64,000 nt of DNA, from the NCBI GenBank assembly GCA_002269645.1, contig NIVC01001573.1, positions 62,001 to 126,000 on the forward strand. The letters run 5' to 3'. The DNA comes from Macrostomum lignano (Eukaryota). The notes under the pieces are model-generated. The model saw only the letters and a list, made by a program, of their open reading frames with translations, was not told the DNA's origin and made no database searches. The position numbers and the translations under genes are program-made. The stretch's first letter is position 1. Each line of letters opens with the position of its first letter. Positions 1 to 10,368 of the stretch are shown here, piece after piece.

Positions 1-3000
1 GGTATGGATGCGGATAGGCTACAGATATGGATGCGGATAGGCTACAGATATGGATACGGATAGGCAACGGGTATGGATACGGATAGGCTACAGATATGGA
101 TACGGATAGGCTACAGATATGGATACGGATAGGCTACGGATATGGATGCGGATAGGCTACAGATATGGATGCGGATAGGCTACAGATATGGATGCGGATA
201 GGCTACGGATATGGATGCGGATAGGCTACAGATATGGATGCGGATAGGCTACGGATATGGATACGGATAGGCTACGGATATGGATGCGGATAGGCTACGG
301 ATATGGATACGGATAGGCTACGGATATGGATGCGGATAGGCTACAGATATGGATGCGGATAGGCTACAGATATGGATGCGGATAGGCTACAGATATGGAT
401 GCGGATAGGCTACGGATATGGATGCGGATAGGCTACGGATATGGATGCGGATAGGCTACGGATATGGATGCGGATAGGCTACGGATATGGATGCGGATAG
501 GCTACGGATATGGATGCGGATAGGCTACGGATATGGATACGGATAGGCTACGGGGATACGGATAGGCTACGGGTATGGATAGGCTACGGGGATACGGATA
601 GGCTACGGGTATGGATACGGATAGGCTACGGATATGGATGTGGATAGGCTACGGATATGGATACGGATAGGCTACGGATACGGATAGGCTACGGATATGG
701 ATACGGATAGGCTACAGATATGGATACGGATAGGCTACAGATATGGATACGGATAGGCTACGGATATGGATGCGGATAGGCTACAGATATGGATGCGGAT
801 AGGCTACAGATATGGATGCGGATAGGCTACGGATATGGATGCGGATAGGCTACAGATATGGATGCGGATAGGCTACGGATATGGATGCGGATAGGCTACG
901 GATATGGATGCGGATAGGCTACGGATATGGATACGGATAGGCTACAGATATGGATGCGGATAGGCTACGGATATGGATGCGGATAGGCTACGGATATGGA
1001 TGCGGATAGGCTACGGATATGGATGCGGATAGGCTACGGATATGGATACGGATAGGCTACGGATATGGATGCGGATAGGCTACGGATATGGATACGGATA
1101 GGCTACGGGGATACGGATAGGCTACAGGTATGGATAGGCTACGGGGATACGGATAGGCTACGGGTATGGATACGGATAGGCTACGGATATGGATGTGGAT
1201 AGGCTACGGATATGGATACGGATAGGCTACGGATACGGATAGGCTACGGATATGGATAGGCTACGGGGATACGGATAGGCTACAGATATGGATGCGGATA
1301 GGCTACAGATATGGATGCGGATAGGCTACAGATATGGATGCGGATAGGCTACGGATATGGATGCGGATAGGCTACGGATATGGATGCGGATAGGCTACGG
1401 ATATGGATGCGGATAGGCTACGGATATGGATACGGATAGGCTACGGATATGGATGCGGATAGGCTACGGATATGGATACGGATAGGCTACGGGGATACGG
1501 ATAGGCTACGGGTATGGATAGGCTACGGGGATACGGATAGGCTACGGTATGGATACGGATAGGCTACGGATATGGATGTGGATAGGCTACGGATATGGAT
1601 ACGGATAGGCTACGGATACGGATAGGCTACGGATATGGATAGGCTACGGGGATACGGATAGGCTACAGATATGGATTTAGATAGGCTACGGGTATGGATA
1701 CGGATAGGCTACAGATATGGATGCGGATAGGCTACAGATATGGATACGGATAGGCTACGGATATGGATAGGCTACGGGGATACGGATAGGCTACGGGTAT
1801 GGATACGGATAGGCTACGGGTATGGATACGGATAGGCTACAGATATGGATGCGGATAGGCTACAGATATGGATGCGGATAGGCTACAGATATGGATGCGG
1901 ATAGGCTACGGATATGGATGCGGATAGGCTACAGATATGGATTTGGATAGGCAACGGGTATGGATACGGATAGGCTACAGATATGGATGCGGATAGGCTA
2001 CAGATATGGATGCGGATAGGCTACAGATATGGATATGGATAGGCTACGGATATGGATACGGATAGGCTACAGATATGGATGCGGATAGGCTACGGATATG
2101 GATGCGGATAGGCTACGGATATGGATGCGGATAGGCTACGGATATGGATACGGATAGGCTACGGGGATACGGATAGGCTACGGGTATGGATAGGCTACGG
2201 GGATACGGATAGGCTACGGGTATGGATACGGATAGGCTACGGATATGGATGTGGATAGGCTACGGATATGGATACGGATAGGCTACGGATACGGATAGGC
2301 TACGGATATGGATAGGCTACGGGTATGGATACGGATAGGCTACGGGTATGGATACGGATAGGCTACGGATATGGATACGGATAGGCTACGGATATGGATA
2401 GGCTACGGGGATACGGATAGGCTACGGATATGGATAGGCTACGGGGATACGGATAGGCTACGGATATGGATAGGCTACGGGATACGGATAGGCTACGGGT
2501 ATGGATAGGCTACGGGGATACGGATAGGCTACGGATATGGATACGGATAGGCTACGGATATGGATAGGCTACGGGGATACGGATAGGCTACGGGTATGGA
2601 TAGGCTACGGGGATACGGATAGGCTACGGATATGGATACGGATAGGCTACGGGGATACGGATAGGCTACGGGTATGGATAGGCTACGGGGATACGGATAG
2701 GCTACGGGTATGGATTTGGATAGGCTACGGGTATGGATACGGATAGGCTACAGATATGGATTTGGATAGGCTACGGGTATGGATACGGATAGGCTACAGA
2801 TATGGATGCGGATAGGCTACAGATATGGATACGGATAGGCTACGGATATGGATAGGCTACGGGGATACGGATAGGCTACGGGTATGGATACGGATAGGCT
2901 ACAGATATGGATTTGGATAGGCAACGGGTATGGATACGGATAGGCTACAGATATGGATACGGATAGGCTACAGATATGGATGCGGATAGGCTACAGATAT

Positions 3001-5550
3001 GGATACGGATAGGCTACAGATATGGATGCGGATAGGCTACAGATATGGATGCGGATAGGCTACGGATATGGATGCGGATAGGCTACAGATATGGATGCGG
3101 ATAGGCTACGGATATGGATGCGGATAGGCTACGGATATGGATGCGGATAGGCTACAGATATGGATGCGGATAGGCTACAGATATGGATGCGGATAGGCTA
3201 CGGATATGGATGCGGATAGGCTACAGATATGGATGCGGATAGGCTACGGATATGGATGCGGATAGGCTACGGATATGGATGCGGATAGGCTACAGATATG
3301 GATGCGGATAGGCTACGGATATGGATGCGGATAGGCAACGGGTATGGATGCGGATAGGCTACAGATATGGATGCGGATAGGCTACAGATATGGATACGGA
3401 TAGGCAACGGGTATGGATACGGATAGGCTACAGATATGGATACGGATAGGCTACAGATATGGATACGGATAGGCTACGGATATGGATGCGGATAGGCTAC
3501 AGATATGGATGCGGATAGGCTACAGATATGGATGCGGATAGGCTACGGATATGGATGCGGATAGGCTACAGATATGGATGCGGATAGGCTACGGATATGG
3601 ATACGGATAGGCTACGGATATGGATGCGGATAGGCTACGGATATGGATACGGATAGGCTACGGATATGGATGCGGATAGGCTACAGATATGGATGCGGAT
3701 AGGCTACAGATATGGATGCGGATAGGCTACAGATATGGATGCGGATAGGCTACGGATATGGATGCGGATAGGCTACGGATATGGATGCGGATAGGCTACG
3801 GATATGGATGCGGATAGGCTACGGATATGGATGCGGATAGGCTACGGATATGGATGCGGATAGGCTACGGATATGGATACGGATAGGCTACGGGGATACG
3901 GATAGGCTACGGGTATGGATAGGCTACGGGGATACGGATAGGCTACGGGTATGGATACGGATAGGCTACGGATATGGATGTGGATAGGCTACGGATATGG
4001 ATACGGATAGGCTACGGATACGGATAGGCTACGGATATGGATACGGATAGGCTACAGATATGGATACGGATAGGCTACAGATATGGATACGGATAGGCTA
4101 CGGATATGGATGCGGATAGGCTACAGATATGGATGCGGATAGGCTACAGATATGGATGCGGATAGGCTACGGATATGGATGCGGATAGGCTACAGATATG
4201 GATGCGGATAGGCTACGGATATGGATGCGGATAGGCTACGGATATGGATGCGGATAGGCTACGGATATGGATACGGATAGGCTACAGATATGGATGCGGA
4301 TAGGCTACGGATATGGATGCGGATAGGCTACGGATATGGATGCGGATAGGCTACGGATATGGATGCGGATAGGCTACGGATATGGATACGGATAGGCTAC
4401 GGATATGGATGCGGATAGGCTACGGATATGGATACGGATAGGCTACGGGGATACGGATAGGCTACAGGTATGGATAGGCTACGGGATACGGATAGGCTAC
4501 GGGTATGGATACGGATAGGCTACGGATATGGATGTGGATAGGCTACGGATATGGATACGGATAGGCTACGGATACGGATAGGCTACGGATATGGATAGGC
4601 TACGGGGATACGGATAGGCTACAGATATGGATGCGGATAGGCTACAGATATGGATGCGGATAGGCTACAGATATGGATGCGGATAGGCTACGGATATGGA
4701 TGCGGATAGGCTACGGATATGGATGCGGATAGGCTACGGATATGGATGCGGATAGGCTACGGATATGGATACGGATAGGCTACGGATATGGATGCGGATA
4801 GGCTACGGATATGGATACGGATAGGCTACGGGGATACGGATAGGCTACGGGTATGGATAGGCTACGGGGATACGGATAGGCTACGGGTATGGATACGGAT
4901 AGGCTACGGATATGGATGTGGATAGGCTACGGATATGGATACGGATAGGCTACGGATACGGATAGGCTACGGATATGGATAGGCTACGGGGATACGGATA
5001 GGCTACAGATATGGATTTAGATAGGCTACGGGTATGGATACGGATAGGCTACAGATATGGATGCGGATAGGCTACAGATATGGATACGGATAGGCTACGG
5101 ATATGGATAGGCTACGGGGATACGGATAGGCTACGGGTATGGATACGGATAGGCTACGGGTATGGATACGGATAGGCTACAGATATGGATGCGGATAGGC
5201 TACAGATATGGATGCGGATAGGCTACAGATATGGATGCGGATAGGCTACGGATATGGATGCGGATAGGCTACAGATATGGATTTGGATAGGCAACGGGTA
5301 TGGATACGGATAGGCTACAGATATGGATGCGGATAGGCTACAGATATGGATGCGGATAGGCTACAGATATGGATGCGGATAGGCTACGGATATGGATGCG
5401 GATAGGCTACAGATATGGATGCGGATAGGCTACAGATATGGATGCGGATAGGCTACGGATATGGATGCGGATAGGCTACGGATATGGATACGGATAGGCT
5501 ACGGATATGGATGCGGATAGGCTACGGATATGGATGCGGATAGGCTACGG
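1..5550. repeat. 23-bp minisatellite (GGATATGGATGCGGATAGGCTAC) with 17-19-bp variants and a 3340-bp higher-order duplication
   Basis: Continuous tandem units from the window start to about 5550. Rare variant units recur at a fixed 3340-bp offset (e.g. ATGGATTTAG at 1671 and 5011). Confidence 0.97.
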
Positions 5551-6367
5551 GAAAACGGCGAAACTCTACTCATCTCCCTTCCTTAGTAAGCAGGACACGG
5601 AGGATGTTACTTTCCGTGTGGAAAATTTTCACTTTTGAAATGCCCGTCAGTTTTAAAACGAGTCTGTAAATATAACTTGGAGAAATTCCAGTCTCGTGTG
5701 CTAATAGTTATCTGGTTAGGCTGATCATTCCAGCGTTTTTCGTTTATAATATTTAAATGTTTCAGTTTACATTCTTTTGCTACTGCGGCGGCGAAGTTAA
5801 CGATTTTTTGTGCCTAATTATTTCCATCCTATCTCGCCATCACAATTTCTAAGTAGTATTGTTCGAATTTTTCTTTATTTTTTATTAATCCTTGCGGCCA
5901 AAGAACTGCAATTATGCAGTCCATTCGAATTACGAGTAGGTTAATTTTTCTGATTCCAAGTATCAATATGTCATGTTATTTAAGCGTTAGAGATTTGATT
6001 CTATAATTTATGAAATATAAAGAATTTTTTGTTAACTGAGTGTTTATCGCCTTTAACTGAGATTTATTAGGTTTTTTTGAGAAATTTGCGATCGATAATC
6101 CAGTTTTTTACTGCTATGATGTTTAAAAAAATTTTTTTTCATATCAAATAAATATGTCTGACTAAATTTTTTGAATCGAATTTTCTCCTTAGCAACAAAT
6201 GTTTGCATTGGTTACGGGCAGTTACAAGCGTAAATCCCTCTTCTTGAGATAGACAGAATTATTATTAAAGATCTTTTATTTCCCTTAGCAACGAAGGTTG
6301 CCTTGAAAACAGCGCCTAAAAGACTGGAGAGTGTGCGATATCGATTGATTTTGGTTATTAGGTGCAA

Positions 6368-6690
6368 TTAGGGGGCTGTACTAGGGGATTTTAGCCTAGT
6401 AGTTAGAGCGTCAGACTCACGACTTGAAGGTCGGGAGTTCGATTCCCGATCCCACTGGAACAATTTGTGTCCTTGAGCAAGACACGTAACTCTACATTGC
6501 TTCAGTTCACCCAGCTGTAAAATGGGTGCCAGCATTAGCTGGGGTAATTGAGGGTGTGTGGCGACCCCCCAGTCTATGGACTGAACAGCCGTACGCAGCC
6601 TTCAGATGCACCGCGCAATAGCTGCGGCTGAGCTGTCGGTTGCACATCTGGCCCAATTGGGACAGGTCTGATCAATTAATATTATTATTA
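6368..6690 (+). mobile_element. tRNA-derived CORE-SINE
   Basis: tRNA-like head from 6384 with A-box-like TAGCCTAGTAG and B-box GTTCGATTCCC (6437-6447). TGTGTCCTTGAGCAAGACACGTAAC...CTGTAAAATGGG (about 6466-6526) resembles the MIR CORE domain. (ATT)n tail at 6678-6690. 9-bp direct repeat TAGGTGCAA at 6359-6367 and 6691-6699 is a candidate TSD. Confidence 0.8.
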
Positions 6691-6932
6691 TAGGTGCAAA
6701 AGGTCTGATGTTTCAGTCTTTTTCAGGATTTCATGCCTCCGAAAATTGTATAAATTTCCAATTTGAGTGTTCGCAAGTTTAGTGGAAAGAGGATTACTGA
6801 GTTGAAGTTTTTGGAGTCTTTCACAGATTATAAAATTTCATAATTTGCTAGATGAAATCCTTGGCTGGCGTCAGTAATTTCTGCCGCGTCACACCTGCAA
6901 ATTGCAGCACCTCTATTCGAGCACTACTAATC

Positions 6933-8914
6933 ATGCTCAACATTCAGCGTGCCGTGCCGCTCCGAGGTGCCAAGGCGGCGGCCCTCTGCCGACGGCGGCT
7001 TTCCAGCTACGTTCAGGGCCAGAGCTCCGAGAGGGGCGTTCGGGAGTACTTTTACTTTATCGACCATCAGGGCCAGCTGTTCCTGGACGATGCGCGGATG
7101 AAGAATTTCACCTCTTGTTTCAAAGGTTTTTCATGCTCGATCGCATTGCCTATATGGGGGGGGGGCAGAGCAGCTTAGAGTCAAATGCGCATCCGATTCT
7201 TGCGCCATGTGACCTCTGGTTCGATTCCGTGTGCAGTGACATTCATTTGTTGGAACAAATTGTCGTGTTCAAAAGAAACAAGCAGAACTTCAATTCAAAC
7301 ACTTTAAGAAATCTCAGCGCTTGCGGAAATTCAATTCAAACAAAGTCCCTTTCTATTGAAACAGAAGTTCAATTCAAACTGTCTGTAGCAAAAATTGTTC
7401 CTGAGTGACCCGCATGAGCAGATTGGAAATTCAAAAGAAACAAAGTTACATTCTACAAAGTATTTCGACATAGATTCTTAAAAGTTAATCTATTTTTTGT
7501 TTTCAATTTCACTGTGCTACATAACTGTACAATTGTTGCACACTAAGAATTGCCGTGAGTGTTGAATATGATTGAAATTGTTGGAAGAGGACGGAATCGA
7601 TAAAGTTAATTGAAGCAGAATTCGAGGAAGAGGTCGTGAAACACCAGCCTCTGCAGTACGCTTTTCTAGCCAACAGTGATAGAGACCGTATCATCAAGGC
7701 TGCTGATCGTGGGGATGACTGTGAAACTGGCGCGCCAAATTGGAGTCAAGAGGTCAACAGCGAACATACGTCTCTCGCTGCCTTGGTGGACAGGCAATTG
7801 ATGGTTAGGAGGCTCAAGTTGACCAACTGACATTGACTCGTTCCGGTTCGACATTTTACTCTTATGTTCATCGATATGTTGTGTTTTATCTCTTTGACGA
7901 AATAGAATGTAACTTTGTTTCTTTTGAATTTCCGGTCTGCTCATGCGGGTCATTCGGGAGCCATTTTTGCCACAAGACAGTTTGAATTGAACTTCTTCTG
8001 TTTCAATAGAAAGGGACTTTGTTTGAATTGAGTTTCCGCAAGCGCTGAGATTTCTTAGTGTTTAAATGCATTTATTCAGAGCTTCTCTCACTTGAAGGAT
8101 TCAAACGCTTGCTGCCTTGACTCAGTTTTTACCATAGACAGCCAGTAGAGAGGCTCTGAATGCATGTATTTTTTTCTATTTTGGATTCAATTGCTTGCTC
8201 GTAGGCTCAGCTAGTGTGAGAAATGCCATATTATTTTTTACGCATCAGTTTACCTCCGCTAATCCTTTCTCTAAGAGTAATCAAAGTGACTACTAAGATT
8301 TTAATTCATGCTCTAAGAGTTCATCCCACTGTCTAATGAGGTTGTCGCCCAAATCCAGGTGACCTCATGCAGTAGTTACTGGGTGGCTCCCCACCCGTCC
8401 CACAGAGCACAAATTCTTGGCCTTCTTCTTCTCCCGCCTGCGCGCGAACAACACGGACCGGTACAGGGACCAGTTCCCCTGGCTGTCCCCGTGCGGCCCG
8501 GAGCGGAACTACGTCCGCTGCGACGACCAGCCGATTGTGTTCACTCGTCTCCATGACAACCCGGACAATCCGGACGAGTGCTGGCTGTTGTACAATCACT
8601 GCGGTGACAAGCTGAAGGTGCCGTTCCAGCCTGGCGGGGTGTGCATGCACCCGAGCAGCGGCCGGGTGTACCACCCAGCAGGTGACCGGCACGGCGGCGT
8701 CGGCCTGATCCGCTCCCAGCTCGCCATCCAGCTGGCAACTAACTTTGTGTGGCGAGGCAGCGACTCTTCGTCGAACTCGTCGAGCTTGACCAGTCCGACT
8801 CATTTTGTTTGGCGGGGAGTTGAGCACGAGATCAATACGGATTTGTTGAAGATTCTCGATACCAGAGAGCCGAGGTTTAGGGGGCTGTTTGTTGGAGTTG
8901 ACAGCGAGGATTAG
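6933..8914 (+). CDS. C8orf82: UPF0598 / C8orf82-like protein, 233 aa, probable mitochondrial presequence
   Basis: join(6933..7125,8406..8914). The GT-AG intron restores the frame: YFYFIDHQGQLFLDDARMKNFTSCFK-EHKFLAFFFSRLR...FPWLSPCGPERNYVRCDDQPIVFT, matching the C8orf82 family as I recall it. Confidence 0.9.
7297..8063. mobile_element. Foldback/MITE-like element with about 160-bp terminal inverted repeats, inside the C8orf82-like intron
   Basis: 7297-7455 is the reverse complement of 7903-8063 (e.g. AAGAAATCTCAGCGCTTGCGGAAA and CAAAGTCCCTTTCTATTGAAACAGAAG) with few mismatches. No coding interior. Confidence 0.8.
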
Positions 8915-10368
8915 TGCGGATCGCTGCAATTTTAAAGTTCGCGGGGAGTTGCCAGAATTGAAATATTCGATTTCGTAAATCGGTTAACCTGTTCTCAAAA
9001 AGGCACGGTTTTTGGCATCCGCGCCACGCGCGCCACGACCCCTGATTTGATTCCGTGCGTAGCCTCGAATTCATTTAAGGTTGGGGTGCAAAAAAATTTG
9101 CTGGGGAGGTGTGCGATTCACACACACCCATGATGGCCAAGGCACAGAGAGTCAGGGCCAAACACCCTCTTTTTGGCGTCTTAAAACCAAGTATAGGGCT
9201 CCTTAGTCAAGTTATAAGAGATGCAGGTGTAAGACTAACACCCTCTCAAGCGATAAAATTTACTTAAGTGGACATGGCCCCCTGTCCCCAAACCTTTGGC
9301 GACGCCACTACTGAACTTAGTTTGTTCGTTCATTTTTGTGATTGTAACATTGCATCGACATTTATAATTTTATATGACTTTTTGAATCCAGCACCTTCCG
9401 TGTACTTTTTTCTGCAACTTGTCTATATTTAAAATATACGCATTCACTCATTCATTCGTAAAGTTCCCACGGTTTGAATTCAGAAAATTCTGTGCTTCGT
9501 CATTTACTCTTATTGCTTCAGCATTTCCTTCATACCTCATTAGTGCATGCAGCTCTTTGATCGCTTAGTGTGCTATCAAATTCACAACACAAGTGCAGTG
9601 CAGTCCATTATCAACGATCGGTCAAAGTGCGAGTGTAACAAAACGCAAAAATGATACGTATTTTTAACGTTTCTATAACTCTCGTTTTGTAGCACTGGCC
9701 GTCACCTGTCACACCTTTAATTATTTTGCTTTGCAGTGCAGTCTGGAGTTAAAACCCGTGCACACAATGTACACCAGATATTCTGATTTAGTGTGGGCGT
9801 TCAGTCAGTGTACATTAGGTTTGACTTTTCCCGGCCCAGGCACGCTTAATCACGTGCTTCTGGCGTGATTGTCACTGTACGCATTCTGGCAAGAGCGAGG
9901 GAACCCCACCAAGGACGATGTTGCTATTTTTAGCTTTCTGTCCAGCTATTTGGACGTGGAGTCGAACAGACCTACATTTCTGTGTCCGAACAAACTGCGC
10001 ACGTTTTCGTATGCGCAACGTTATTGAAGAACCCTTCTCTCGGTCTTTGCTTACAGAGTTTAATTGCGCTCCGGTGTGAACTTTATGGAGTCCAAAGATC
10101 TATAAATTTTGTGACTGCGTTGCAAGCGACACGCACAAGGCTCTCAGCGCAACAGAGGCGAATAATACTTATTGGTCACGCCTGCGCCGCATGCGAATGT
10201 CTTCTCCGAGTTGAATCAGTGATTATATATACGAGCTGAAGCCTGAATCGGTTCGCTAGTCAATGCTTTCTGCTCAGCGATAGGATCTCAGAAGGCGCTG
10301 TTCTCAACCTGTCTGTCAGCTTTCTGCACTGGAAATTTCGCTCTCTGTACTGGGAATCAACCTGAGAG

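Noticed and set aside
2537-2746. GY-rich ORF (keratin-associated or shell-protein-like)
   Set aside because: It is a reading of the 17/19/23-bp satellite variants, with no splice or start context.
6384-6455. tRNA gene
   Set aside because: It has A/B boxes but an imperfect anticodon stem and no Pol III terminator after the cloverleaf. It continues into a CORE domain, so it is a SINE head.
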